Shown: positions 9,476-20,452 of the stretch, in pieces
Layout of the letters: the number at the start of each line of letters is the position of its first letter
How positions within the stretch are numbered: position 1 is the stretch's first letter
DNA from: Picochlorum sp. SENEW3
Lineage: Eukaryota
Direction: 5' to 3'
DNA: 64,000 nucleotides
Assembly: GCA_034226945.1 (NCBI GenBank)
Contig: CP120462.1
Location: 496,001-560,000 of the forward strand
Made by a program: the position numbers and the translations under genes
The notes under the pieces: model-generated
The model's input: only the letters and a program-made list of their open reading frames with translations
Databases searched by the model: none
Told to the model about the DNA's origin: nothing

Positions 9476-10272
9476 CACTGTCTAGTGTTGATGTTGGAGA
9501 TTGGGCTGCCCAACGGATTTGGAAGGTCTATCTTCCATCCGTGGGATAGTGTGATACATTCCAATACCGTGCGATTTGTGTCATATCTCAGATACCGTGG
9601 TGGCGATAATTACTGGATCAATTGTAATGCCTCTGGACACACATTGGTCCACCTTCAGACTAACTGTGAGGGCCCCAGATTTGGGTCCCAGAGCTACGTC
9701 ACATCATTCCATAGTATTTAAAAGATTATTAAAATGCATATGAAACCCACGTCTTTGGCTCCACAAGGCCAGAAGGCTCGATTTTGGCATGCATTCACGA
9801 CAGTCACCATACTGTAGTATGGCAGCGATACCAGCATACCATCTACATAGAATGTCCCCTTATATATATCAGCATCGATGCTGTCCTCTGTTGATGACAG
9901 GGTTGATTGATACAATTTTAAATGTATTTCCATTCGTGTGTGAGAATCCTTGAGCATGAACATTTCCAGATCATGGGCAGCTGCAGATCCAGTCCGGCGT
10001 GACTTTGGAGGTCGCGCTCGATTTCATGTTTTGAATTTTCAAACAATCGTCCCATACCTCTCCAGAAACAAACACAACAATTTCTGTTGCTAAAGTATCT
10101 CTTAAAAACTATAATAAAAGAGATATGACACGCTGTTGACCGTTGTTGCCTCCGTTCCTTGTGGTATTGTTGTTGACAATTTGGAACGCCCTCCAGTTGA
10201 CCTTGAGCAGGCTCTAGAGAGGGAGCATTGTTGTTGTTGAAGTTGTTGTAGCAAATACAAATCGTTGCAGAC

Positions 10273-11931
10273 ATGTTTTATAGTTCACAGTTGTTGTCCC
10301 GGAAGACTCCGCTCGGGATTTGTTGGATTGCGTCTCATAGCGAAAGTAAACGGTTAAAGCGCACGCAAGTATTTGAATTTAGTATTTCACAATCATGTGA
10401 TAGTATTATAAATCCAGAAGCGCCTCTTGCGCTTCGGTTGTCTGGGCAATTGTTGTTGGGCGTCGTGAGAATCTACCAACGCAAGTTGACCTTCTTGGAG
10501 GCTGACGCAAAGAATGCTATAGATGGGCTTCAGAGGAAGGAAGGTACTTCTCAAAATGTGGATCTCCCTGATGGTGGTACTGCGCCAGAGAATGCCATCA
10601 CGCTTCCTGGGTCTGACCCTACTGTGTTTAAAGGGACGAATGGAGACTTGTTTCCCTCATTTCATATATCGTCTACGCCGGGCCTAGGCACCGGCGGATC
10701 TGGATCTCTGGCTCGGTTGAGTGGTGGGACGGATGTAACAATGGCTGATGATATTTCGGATGTGTTTGGTAGCACAAGATGGACGGCGAGTGAAGATAGG
10801 TTTGAGTTGGATGGTTCTTTGGACAAGCAGTTTAGCACGGAATTGGAACGTCTTCGATCGGCAGTTGATGTTGACACTGCTCCTGGAGATACTGGATTGT
10901 TTTATGATGGTGGTGATGATTTTGGGCCAATGGATGATATCATGGAGGCTCCTGGAGCAGAGCTTTTTGAGGCACCTTCTGTGCTTGTTGATCCGAGCAA
11001 GACGCCAGGGTCTGTCGGACATTTCTCAGAGATGCTGAAAGCGTCTCCAAGCGGCGGTATGAGTCCAGGAATGAACGTACCGGACGATTTCGACATGGAT
11101 GATTATGGTGGTGGTGGTGGTGATGACTATTATGATGATGGTCCATTGCCTCCAAGCACCCCAGTGGCACCGAAACCTCGAAAGAAGAAGACATTCCATT
11201 TAGATCTTGATGCGGATGGAGATCCTTGTACATTTTTAGACGATAGTGAAACGAAGAAGTTGCTTCGCAACCGTGCTCCTTTGATGAAGACGAGGGGCAT
11301 TGTTGCTGATGATGCCGCCGCTGCTGAAGAATCATACACATTGGCATCCATCACGTACGTCGCTCCAGACATTGCAAAGATTATCAATCCAATCATTCAT
11401 CCGCCAAAGCCAGTGAGAGAACGGGCGGCGAAACGAGACAAGAATGAGACCGACAACGCACCTGCAGATGACACGAATCCATTTGAAATTGACCATGGAG
11501 ATGGTGGTGGAATGGATGACTACGGTGGTGACTATGGTGATGATGATTTTGGTGGTGGATACGACGATATGGATGATATGGATGTGATGCAAACTCCAGT
11601 GTCAGACGCAGACGTTGAAAAAGCCATCTTGACACATGATGGATTCACTGCTCGCACGCAGTCAGTGATGAAGCACATCCGTCACAGGTTGGAACCATCC
11701 CCCGGGGAGAAACGCCCTCATGAAGAGTCATCATCAACCAGAAAAATCTCCTTGGACTCTCTTGTCAGTGGAAAATCTCGACTTGAGGCGTGCAGATGGT
11801 TTTTTGAATCCCTGGTTCTGCGGAACAAGGGATTCTTGGACTTGGAGCAGTCCTCACCGTATGGGCCTATTCAAATCGTCCCTCTTGATAAGATGGACGC
11901 ACAGAAGCCCGAAGTAGAGCTACATGAATAG
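10273..11931 (+). CDS. RAD21: Cohesin kleisin subunit Rad21/Scc1
   Basis: N-terminal MFYSSQLLSRKTPLGICWIA and LALRLSGQLLLGVVRIY. C-terminal winged helix SRLEACRWFFESLVL...LEQSSPYGPI. Confidence 0.93.
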   Translation: MFYSSQLLSRKTPLGICWIASHSESKRLKRTQVFEFSISQSCDSIINPEAPLALRLSGQLLLGVVRIYQRKLTFLEADAKNAIDGLQRKEGTSQNVDLPDGGTAPENAITLPGSDPTVFKGTNGDLFPSFHISSTPGLGTGGSGSLARLSGGTDVTMADDISDVFGSTRWTASEDRFELDGSLDKQFSTELERLRSAVDVDTAPGDTGLFYDGGDDFGPMDDIMEAPGAELFEAPSVLVDPSKTPGSVGHFSEMLKASPSGGMSPGMNVPDDFDMDDYGGGGGDDYYDDGPLPPSTPVAPKPRKKKTFHLDLDADGDPCTFLDDSETKKLLRNRAPLMKTRGIVADDAAAAEESYTLASITYVAPDIAKIINPIIHPPKPVRERAAKRDKNETDNAPADDTNPFEIDHGDGGGMDDYGGDYGDDDFGGGYDDMDDMDVMQTPVSDADVEKAILTHDGFTARTQSVMKHIRHRLEPSPGEKRPHEESSSTRKISLDSLVSGKSRLEACRWFFESLVLRNKGFLDLEQSSPYGPIQIVPLDKMDAQKPEVELHE

Positions 11932-12197
11932 ATGCTGTCTTTTAACAAACTCGAATTGATGTAAGAAGAACGGATGATTTCTCTCATGCTCTCATGGTAC
12001 CATGACGGGCGCTCTCTGATGGGACAAGAAAACCACCCTCTCTCGTACCCCATCCAAAGCCCCGTGCGATGGGATGTGCTCTGCCGATCGCATCCAGATG
12101 GAACAGGGTCGGCGATTGGATTTGATATCATGTCAAATAGACAGCAACCCCTCATACTGCATATCACTTTACACCAGATAAAATAACATCCATCAAG

Positions 12198-13395
12198 ATG
12201 AAGGTTCAAGCTCTGTTTAAGAAGGCCGGAAGCGCCCCAGCAAAGACAGCCGGAGCAAAGAAGACCACCAAGAAGTCTCCTGCTCCAGCAAAGCCATCTT
12301 CTGGAAAGACCTCCGGAGGATGGTTGGGAAGTGCCTCTAGCAGCATTGATCTCGACAAATGGTATGTGATATGTATTGATGAGCGCACTGGAAGGGAGGG
12401 AGGGGCGATACGGGAGCTGGAATGCGGTGATTTTGATAGGATAAGGTGGAGATAGAGGCGGTTGGGTCGGCGATAATAGACCATCTGATGGGCGTGTCTT
12501 TCTTTTCTGGGAAATATTCTCTAGTGTTGATGAAATATTGGTGGATACATGCTTGATCGGGGCTTGTATCACGTCGCGCCGGACATGCCCAACCATCTGT
12601 CAGATTCCACGTTGTTCTGAAGCATGGTGGCAGGGTATGCTCTGATGGATGGCCAGATATCTCATAAATATATTTCTGTGTAGGTATGGACCAGATCGTA
12701 AGTTGTTCCTTCCATCCGGTCTCTTGGACCGCGCTGACGTCCCAGAGTACTTGAATGGAACATATGCTGGAGATTACGGATATGATCCACTCGGACTCGG
12801 AAAGGACGGTGGTGTTGAGAAGTACCGTGAGCCAGAATTGCTCCATGCTCGTTGGGCTATGTTGTTCACTGCCGGAGCCATCATCCCAGAGGGATTGGCT
12901 GCCAACGGAGCTGACATCAAGGGAGCCACCTGGTTCGAGACTGGAGCTGCTATGCTCGACGGAAACACCTTGAACTACTTTGTCGTTCCATTTGCCAACA
13001 TTCCAAACCCACTCCCACTCCCAGCAATTGTTGCCATCCAGGTTGCCCTTCTCGGAGGAGCCGAGTACTTCCGCCGTAACGGAACTGGACCAGCTGGATA
13101 CTCTCCAGGTGTTGGAAAGTTCGACGAGTCTGTCTTTGACGGAGTCGATCCACTCCACCCAGGAGGACCATTCGATCCATTGGGTCTTGCTGACGACCCA
13201 GAGGTCTTTGCTGAGCTCAAGGTGAAGGAGATCAAGAATGGACGTCTTGCCATGGTTGCTGCTCTCGGATTCTTCATCCAGGCTCTCGTCACCAAGGAGG
13301 GACCATATGCTAACTGGAGCCAGCACGTTGCTGATCCATTCGGTTACAACTTGTTGACCATCTTGGCCAGCGATGACCGTGCACCAGTCCTCTAA
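12198..13395 (+). CDS. LHCB5: Minor PSII antenna CP26; exons 12198-12361 and 12684-13395
   Basis: [48 protein letters not shown] and C-terminal DPFGYNLLT. The splice restores the TGG codon. Confidence 0.92.
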
Positions 13396-13491
13396 GCTGC
13401 CATACTGCCCATGTTGACAGCGATATAATGGGGGGATAATAGATGCATCTCGCTCATGTTATAGATTAAATGTAAAACAAATTTATACAAA

Positions 13492-15420
13492 TTATTTGAC
13501 TGTGCGATCTGTATATGACGTATGGAGCAGTGTATGCGCTGTGTGTCCACCAGGTTGTCCCAGAAATTTCTCATACAGTTTTGCAACTTCTGGGTTCTCA
13601 TGTGCTCGTCGTATCTTGGACATCTTATCAAGGGCATAGATTGATCCCATGCGTTTCAATACTGCCTGTGGGTCTTTTGATTTGGGTTGCCCACCACCTC
13701 CAATACAGCCTCCAATACAAGCCATGACTTCTATAAAATCGTACTTTCTCTGTCCCTGAGAATCATACATATCGTCTATGACGTGACGTACATTGCCTAT
13801 TCCAGACACAACAGCAACTCGAACATCTTTTCCAGGGAATAGGGGCGACTCCTCTGGGAAGTGCACAGTACTAGATTTCACACCCTGTACTCCTCGTACA
13901 TCATCCAGCTCCATCTTTGGGAACGGCTGCTTTGTTATTAATTCATACGATGTTCTCAAAGCCGACTCCATGACTCCTCCCGACGCGCCAAATAAAACAG
14001 CACCACCTGAGGACATACCAAGGGGAGAATCAAATGATGACTCTGGTAATGATGCCAATGGTATTCTTCTATGACGCAGCATCTTTCCCAATTCCCTTGT
14101 CGTGAGAACATAATCAACATCAGTTATGCCATCAACTTTATTTTCCTCACGCTCTGCCTCAAACTTCTTTGCTGTACATGGCATGATTGACACTAAACAG
14201 ATATCTTCTGCCTTGAGGTTCAGCAAGGATGCAAAGTATCGCTTTGCAATAGCTCCCAACATCTGTTGTGGGGATTTACAGGTAGATATATGTGGAATGA
14301 GCTCTGGATAGCTCTTTTCGACCAATGTGATCCACGCAGGACAGCATGATGTGAACATTGGTAAATTGGAATCTTCTTTCATCCTTTGAATGAATTCAGA
14401 ACCCTCTTCCATGATGGTCAAATCCGCAGCAAAGTTGACATCAAAAACATAGTCGAATCCCAACTTTCTCTGGGCAGCAACCATTTGGCCTTGAGTAATT
14501 GCACCTGGTCCAAACCCAACCTCCTCGCCGATTGAGACACGCACTGCCGGAGCTGTAATACACACTGTCACTTTTCTTTTCGAATCTAATACATCTAAAA
14601 CATCTCTCCACTCTGATCTTTCTATGATGGCCCCAACAGGACACACGGCAGAGCATTGACCGCATGCAATACACTGACTTGAATTCAAAGAATCCGTCAT
14701 CACTGCTGGATGTACACTGCCACCCGCTCTGCCCTCCCATCCAAGCACATTCATATGCTGAATCATATTGCATGCAGTAATACATCTACCGCATTTAATG
14801 CATTTGTCTAAATCAATCTCCAACGATGCAGAGCTCGAGTCATGCATCTCCTCATCATCCCATTCATGCCTGCGCTGCCTCCTTCGTACAAATCCATCGG
14901 ATACATTGTACCGTTTAATCAAATCCTGAAACTCGCAGTTTCCACTCACTTCACAATTCATACAGTCGTACTTGTGCGTCGATTTCAATAACCCTAGCAT
15001 ATCCCTCACTGACTTTTGGACCTGATCTGTATCAGCCACAACATCCATGTGTTCTGTCAATGGCGTCGCACAGGCTGGAACCAATCGCCCATTCACCTCC
15101 ACCAAACATAAACGACATGTTCCTGGATGCGTGGGTAAGCGAGGATCCGTACATAACGTCGGAATAAAAATCTGTTGATCTACCAAGTCTTTCCGAAAAG
15201 GAGTCAAATATTGACCCAGATTCATCGCTGCACCTAGAATTGTTGTCCCTTCTGGCACGATAATATCATGTCCATTGATACGGCATGAAATTTTCTTCAC
15301 TTTTGCTGCGTATTGTTCCGCAGCATGTGCCGTACTGGCTCGCTTCGAAAACACAACTTTGGACAAGTTGTGTTTTGCACTGTACAGACCTTCAAGACTC
15401 CGTCGCCGTAGTACATTCAT
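13492..15420 (-). CDS. HYDA: [FeFe]-hydrogenase with N-terminal F-domain (2Fe-2S, His-ligated 4Fe-4S, two 4Fe-4S)
   Basis: H-cluster motifs TSCCPAW, MPCTAKKFEA and EVMACIGGCIGGGGQP. F-cluster motifs CRLC..PAC, HKYDCMNCEVSGNC, CIKCGRCITAC and CIACGQCSAVCP. Confidence 0.95.
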   Translation of the reverse strand: MNVLRRRSLEGLYSAKHNLSKVVFSKRASTAHAAEQYAAKVKKISCRINGHDIIVPEGTTILGAAMNLGQYLTPFRKDLVDQQIFIPTLCTDPRLPTHPGTCRLCLVEVNGRLVPACATPLTEHMDVVADTDQVQKSVRDMLGLLKSTHKYDCMNCEVSGNCEFQDLIKRYNVSDGFVRRRQRRHEWDDEEMHDSSSASLEIDLDKCIKCGRCITACNMIQHMNVLGWEGRAGGSVHPAVMTDSLNSSQCIACGQCSAVCPVGAIIERSEWRDVLDVLDSKRKVTVCITAPAVRVSIGEEVGFGPGAITQGQMVAAQRKLGFDYVFDVNFAADLTIMEEGSEFIQRMKEDSNLPMFTSCCPAWITLVEKSYPELIPHISTCKSPQQMLGAIAKRYFASLLNLKAEDICLVSIMPCTAKKFEAEREENKVDGITDVDYVLTTRELGKMLRHRRIPLASLPESSFDSPLGMSSGGAVLFGASGGVMESALRTSYELITKQPFPKMELDDVRGVQGVKSSTVHFPEESPLFPGKDVRVAVVSGIGNVRHVIDDMYDSQGQRKYDFIEVMACIGGCIGGGGQPKSKDPQAVLKRMGSIYALDKMSKIRRAHENPEVAKLYEKFLGQPGGHTAHTLLHTSYTDRTVK

Positions 15421-15727
15421 ATTGTTATTTGAATAAAAAAGTTGAAAATAAATATTGGGTTCTCAACAGAATTGATACTTGTGCTTCTGAGATGGCGCTG
15501 GAACAACATTGCACTGCAATAAATAAAGTGCCACGTCATCAGATGCAAATCATGGATTGATGCTGCATTTGACCCTTCTATGACATTCCATGGCATTAAT
15601 TATGATTTATAGATATTAAATAATGCCTATATTGCAGCATCGAAGCACCGAGTACTAGGATTCATCTCCGGCAGTCGCATGTTTGGAAAACATTCTCTTT
15701 CAGAGGAGTACCTTGCTCGCGTATAGA

Positions 15728-16966
15728 ATGTGGAAATATCAAGAGCTACTGAATCAAAACTTGCAAATTCTAATAACAATAGGATTAGGTGCACTCGTCA
15801 CATGGCTTGGACCGTTTAGTGTGAAGAAGGACCTGCCAACGTTGGTAAAAATTGTATTCAACATCCTCCTGCCAAGTTCTGTCCTTCTTGCCCTAGGTGT
15901 CAATTCAGATTTACGTGATGGGGACTTGTGGAGATTTATTGGTGGTTTTCTTTTACTCCGAGCCTTTTGTTTGGTCTTAAATTTCGGATACTATGGGTAT
16001 ATTCGTAAAAGATCCATTGCGTATGTGACCATCAATTGGATGGTGACCTGTTGGGTATCAACTGTCGTACTGGGTATCCCTTTATTGATTGCAACGCTTG
16101 GTCCTCAATACGGCAGTTTAGGAGCAGTTGCAGGCATTAGCAGTTTCATCTTCCAGCTTCCTTTGATGCTCATCTTCTTTGAAGGTTCATCAGGGACCAG
16201 AGGCGTTCATGAAAGACAGCAAAAGGGGTCTGAGGAGAATGGCTCTGAGAAGAATATAGAAACAAAACAGCTGAGTGACCTACCGAGAGAACAAGACGTC
16301 GAAGGAGAGGAGAAAATAGATCAGAGCGCGGCAGACGTAGTAGCCAGAGGAGACGCTGGCGACAACAGCAACCGTTGGTATCATGTGAGGCTGACAAAAG
16401 CCCAGGCACAATATATTGCAGTCAAAATCCTTAGAAACCCAATCCTATGGGCAATCGTCATCGGTATTATCCTATCTGTATCGAGTCTTGGGCCAAAATA
16501 TTTGGCGACAGGGTCGCCAAACTCTCCCAATTGCTCCTATGCCGTGGGGGCTGGATTCATCCAGCTCACACTTTCCTACTTTGCAAGGTGCACTCAGCCC
16601 ATTGCTTTACTTGCCGTGGGTATTTTCCTCGTGGGAAAAAACCCCATCGCATGCGGCATCATCCAATCAATTGTATACATGATTATCAAATTGATCCTTG
16701 TTCCAGGCCTCATGGTTGGTTGCGCATTCGCTGTGGGGTTGCAGGGTGCTGAAGGACGAGCTGCCGTCTTGTTGGCAAGTCTCCCAGTCAGCCCAACAGC
16801 ATACACGGTGGCAGATAAATACGGCGTGGGACTTGATATCGCAGAATCCAACATCTTCTTTGGAAATTTGCTCGTGCTACCAACAACAATAGCATGGAAT
16901 GCGTTCATGGATTCCATCTCATTGTTTATGGCACCTGCCCCTCCCAGCGTGACATCTGGATGCTAA
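15728..16966 (+). CDS. Auxin efflux carrier family (PIN-like, Mem_trans) transporter
   Basis: Two hydrophobic halves separated by an acidic loop. Motifs IVFNILLPS, STVVLGIPLL, LRNPILWAI and AVLLASLP. Confidence 0.8.
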   Translation: MWKYQELLNQNLQILITIGLGALVTWLGPFSVKKDLPTLVKIVFNILLPSSVLLALGVNSDLRDGDLWRFIGGFLLLRAFCLVLNFGYYGYIRKRSIAYVTINWMVTCWVSTVVLGIPLLIATLGPQYGSLGAVAGISSFIFQLPLMLIFFEGSSGTRGVHERQQKGSEENGSEKNIETKQLSDLPREQDVEGEEKIDQSAADVVARGDAGDNSNRWYHVRLTKAQAQYIAVKILRNPILWAIVIGIILSVSSLGPKYLATGSPNSPNCSYAVGAGFIQLTLSYFARCTQPIALLAVGIFLVGKNPIACGIIQSIVYMIIKLILVPGLMVGCAFAVGLQGAEGRAAVLLASLPVSPTAYTVADKYGVGLDIAESNIFFGNLLVLPTTIAWNAFMDSISLFMAPAPPSVTSGC

Positions 16967-17199
16967 CTGTTTTGTTTTTTTTGCTCATTTGATTGTGAGG
17001 TATCAACAGATGGGTGGGATTTCCATGATTCTTAAATATATATACATGTACATGTTTTCTTTTTTCATGTAATAATGACCACAATGGTATTTGTAGAGTC
17101 TTCTCAGGAAAGAAGATGTGAAGCACGGACAAGTAGTACACCATCGCAATACGCCTAGCCTTTTAAACCCGCATCAAAACCGATACTAGCATCGACAGT

Positions 17200-18336
17200 A
17201 TGGTGTGGAAATACACCAATGTCCTAAATCAGGATATTCAAATTCTCATGGAGATTGCTGTGGGCTTATCTGCGACGCTTTTTGGTCCATTTTCTCTGAA
17301 CAAAAATCTGTTTACGCTGAAGATTCTCGTCTTTAACGTATTGCTTCCGTGCGCTGCGGTTTTGAACATTGGTTTTATTTCAAATTTACGAGATGGATCG
17401 ATTTGGAGGTTTTGTGGTGCCTTTTTTATGATGCGAGCGCTCATGTTGGTTCTCCATATTTGCTGGGGGTCTCTGCGGAAGAGAAAGTTTGAGGATATTG
17501 CGGTGAATTGGTTGGTGACGTGTTGGGTGAGTAGCTCTATTCTCGCACCTCCGTTGATGGAATCTGTTTTGGGCAAAGAGTTCCAAGTGCTGGGGCCCTG
17601 GTCCGATGTCAGTTCATTTTTGTTTCAGCTACCGTTGACTCTGTGTTTTTTTGAAATTGATTCGGTGCGACAGCAGGATACTCTCGAGGACGGAGAGGAA
17701 GACAGAAAAGATAGATCTGTGGTTCCTTTCTATAAGACGCGGTTGACTCGAGAGAATGCCCGCGATATTGGTTGGAGACTCATCAAAATGCCCCTAGTAT
17801 GGGCTATTCTGGGCTCGGTTATTCTATCAGTGACAACGCTTGGCCCTCGATATCTCTATCCTGGCACCACGTATGCGCCAAATTGTGATTATGTAGAATA
17901 TACAGGTTTCATTTACTTGTTTTTCAGTTACCTGGCGGGCTGTCTCGAGCCACTTGCATTGTTTTCTGTAGGTATTGTTCTTTCCAAGAATAATCCCTTG
18001 ACCTGTGGCATATGGAATATTGTTGGGTATACGCTGATCAAATTCATCCTTGTACCAATTTTGATGATTGGATGTAGCTTTGCGCTACATTTAGACAACG
18101 TGTATGCTCGTGGGGCTGTGTTAATTGCAACACTTCCAATCAGTCCACCAAGTTTTGCGCTTGCAGGCCATTATCAGGTGGGCCTTGCGGAAGCAGTATC
18201 GACAGTTTTGTCCGGTAAGTTGCTTGTGATACCAGCTATTCTCGCATGGCAAGGGTTTATGGATGCCGTGGGGTTGTTTCCAGTGGACACCCCACAGGTG
18301 GATGATGTCTGCCAACAGAGAGTTGCAATGTCGTAA
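17200..18336 (+). CDS. Auxin efflux carrier family (PIN-like) transporter, tandem paralogue
   Basis: Collinear similarity to the preceding gene (WKY..LNQ, NW.VTCWVS, SSF.FQLPL, PNC.Y, IK.ILVP). Confidence 0.8.
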   Translation: MVWKYTNVLNQDIQILMEIAVGLSATLFGPFSLNKNLFTLKILVFNVLLPCAAVLNIGFISNLRDGSIWRFCGAFFMMRALMLVLHICWGSLRKRKFEDIAVNWLVTCWVSSSILAPPLMESVLGKEFQVLGPWSDVSSFLFQLPLTLCFFEIDSVRQQDTLEDGEEDRKDRSVVPFYKTRLTRENARDIGWRLIKMPLVWAILGSVILSVTTLGPRYLYPGTTYAPNCDYVEYTGFIYLFFSYLAGCLEPLALFSVGIVLSKNNPLTCGIWNIVGYTLIKFILVPILMIGCSFALHLDNVYARGAVLIATLPISPPSFALAGHYQVGLAEAVSTVLSGKLLVIPAILAWQGFMDAVGLFPVDTPQVDDVCQQRVAMS

Positions 18337-18398
18337 CCCGTGTACATCTCAGCAGCAATAGTACTATTTGATTAAATTAAACGCTAGAATGAATTGAA

Positions 18399-19427
18399 TT
18401 ACATACCGTACCCAAACACCTGTTTCATTCTGCTCAACACTTGCTGTTTCCAACCAGCCTGAGTCATATTCACCACATCATGATTTCCAAACCGATCAGT
18501 ATCTGGAATACCAGTCTGCTTCAGCGTCAGCGTGACAGATCCCTTCTCCGCCTCATCTAGCGTGATTTTGACTTTGCTCAAACTGCCATCCGGCCATGAG
18601 CTAAATCGCCAGTCCATCTCCAGTTCCGAGTGAGGCCTGAGCGCCGTGAATGTTCCCTCAATAGACCCTCCAAACATGACCAGAGATCCCCCTGGTGTCG
18701 CATTGATACTCGCTGAGCTCCCAGTAAACGCCTTCACTTTATCCTCATTTGTAAAACACTCATAAATATCTTTCGCAGACGCATAATAATGCTCAACGAT
18801 CTCAACGCTCTTCTTCTCCACCCTGCTTTTACTCTTCTCCAAGGCTGCCTTTTTGGTCTTCTCCGACCAATCCTCCGAGTTCTTCTTCTCCATACCCTTG
18901 GATACATTTTCTTCGGAACCATCTCCACTCAGACCAGGTCCACCCTTTCTCAATTCGTCCACAAAATCCCTGAAAATACCATACGCAACCTTCCTCCCAT
19001 GCTGCACCACAGCACTCCTCACCTTTTCTGCCTCCGCTCCAGACTCCTTCACCCGTATCTGCACCTCTGGATCCTCATCATGATTCTCCTCTGATATATA
19101 CGGTGCTTGCAATTCTCCACTCCATGGCTCCCCATCCTCCAACGTGGTACCTTTCCAGTCCACCGTCACATCCAACTCATACGCAGGAATCACCTTGCCT
19201 TTCCTTCTATTAATAATCGCATCCCCAGTCACCTTGACCTTTCCATTCGTCACCACTCGAACCTTCCCATCATCCACTAACGTCACATCCTTGAACAACT
19301 CCTTCAACCGACTCTGACACCAAGGCAACACATTGCTCTCCTCCCAGTGCCAGCTATTTACATTCCTCCCCTGTTCACCCAGATCAGTCACCTTCCAACG
19401 CTCATCTCCTTCTCCCCACTTGGCCAT
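18399..19427 (-). CDS. AHA1: Activator of Hsp90 ATPase
   Basis: MAKWGEGDERW, NVNSWHWEE and NRRKGK in the N-domain, plus a C-terminal AHSA1 domain (WRFSSWP, LTLKQTGIP). Confidence 0.93.
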   Translation of the reverse strand: MAKWGEGDERWKVTDLGEQGRNVNSWHWEESNVLPWCQSRLKELFKDVTLVDDGKVRVVTNGKVKVTGDAIINRRKGKVIPAYELDVTVDWKGTTLEDGEPWSGELQAPYISEENHDEDPEVQIRVKESGAEAEKVRSAVVQHGRKVAYGIFRDFVDELRKGGPGLSGDGSEENVSKGMEKKNSEDWSEKTKKAALEKSKSRVEKKSVEIVEHYYASAKDIYECFTNEDKVKAFTGSSASINATPGGSLVMFGGSIEGTFTALRPHSELEMDWRFSSWPDGSLSKVKITLDEAEKGSVTLTLKQTGIPDTDRFGNHDVVNMTQAGWKQQVLSRMKQVFGYGM

Positions 19428-19802
19428 TTTGATCCAATTTTGGTCTGAATTCGTGTGTCTTCTACAACGACGCCGAATGAAAAAGAAGATGAGAAATGTC
19501 TACAAGTGAGGATACATGCAACCACGATAGCCACTCAACGGCATTAAAAATGAAATACAAGTATTAGATTTTCACTCAAAAGTAGTCTGCGAGGGGATTT
19601 GATCCCAATGCGGTTTCCACTGGTCTTCCATGGAAGGCTTCCAGAAGGTGGTGGTCCCCAGTGGCTGATGGTATCGTATGTCTCCGGTGTAATCAACCCT
19701 TTGATGGGATACGTCTTTCACCTTTGATGAGTCCCATGTACAACCTTCTTCCATCTACCACAGACACGTTGTTGTTATACCAATTTGTTGTTACTTTTGA
19801 TC

Positions 19803-20375
19803 ATGATGATGTCAATGATGCGCAGTGGACATGCATTGTCCCACACAACAGGCCAGAGATCTCTGGTAAACCACAACCTTCAGCGTGGGAGAGCCACGAG
19901 GTCTGCCAAGGTCATTGTATCGGCATCCAAGCAAGATGAAGGATCCTCGTTTGTTGAAAACATGATTAATGGGTTGACGGTGGCCATTCAGTCGTCCCCT
20001 TTGTCGGAGGGAAAGAAGCGTTTGGCAGTTCTTCAAGCTGGAGACTATGATAAAAAGGCTGTCCAGTCCATGATGGAGTCTTATATTGCTGATAATCCAG
20101 TCATGATTTTCAGCTTCAGTACATGCCCTTTCTGCAAGAATGCGAAACGGTTGTTGGATGATATGGGTGCCACATACACTGCTATTGAGTTGAATGACAT
20201 GGAGAATGGTATGGCAATTCGTGCAGAGCTTGCTGAGAAAACAGGGAGAACATCGATGCCTAATATTTGGATTGGGGGTCAAGGGATTGGTGGGTGCAAT
20301 GATGGTCCAGGGATTATGACGTTGGAGAAGGAGGGCAAGTTGAAGGAGATGTTGGCACAGGCTGGTGCATTGTAG
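19803..20375 (+). CDS. Dithiol glutaredoxin, probably plastid-targeted
   Basis: CPFC active site, TGRTSMPNIWIGG and GGCND, with an N-terminal transit-like extension. Start codon uncertain. Confidence 0.9.
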   Translation: MMMSMMRSGHALSHTTGQRSLVNHNLQRGRATRSAKVIVSASKQDEGSSFVENMINGLTVAIQSSPLSEGKKRLAVLQAGDYDKKAVQSMMESYIADNPVMIFSFSTCPFCKNAKRLLDDMGATYTAIELNDMENGMAIRAELAEKTGRTSMPNIWIGGQGIGGCNDGPGIMTLEKEGKLKEMLAQAGAL

Positions 20376-20452
20376 ATGCAATGACACCCGAGTGAATTTG
20401 ATTTGATTTGATTGCTGTTTGATTTGTTATGTAAGACGAGCATATTACATAT

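Noticed and set aside
9485..10200. Short ORFs between the island and RAD21
   Set aside because: They may be gene fragments, but I could not recognise motifs or build a spliced model.
12362..12683. Possible C/D box snoRNA in the LHCB5 intron (TGATGA...CTGA)
   Set aside because: The boxes are imperfect, and no terminal stem or rRNA guide was identifiable by eye.
12337..13326. Long antisense ORF over LHCB5, and similar shadow ORFs over the repeats at 35 kb and 40 kb
   Set aside because: Explained by codon bias or repeat periodicity of the sense gene; no recognisable motifs.
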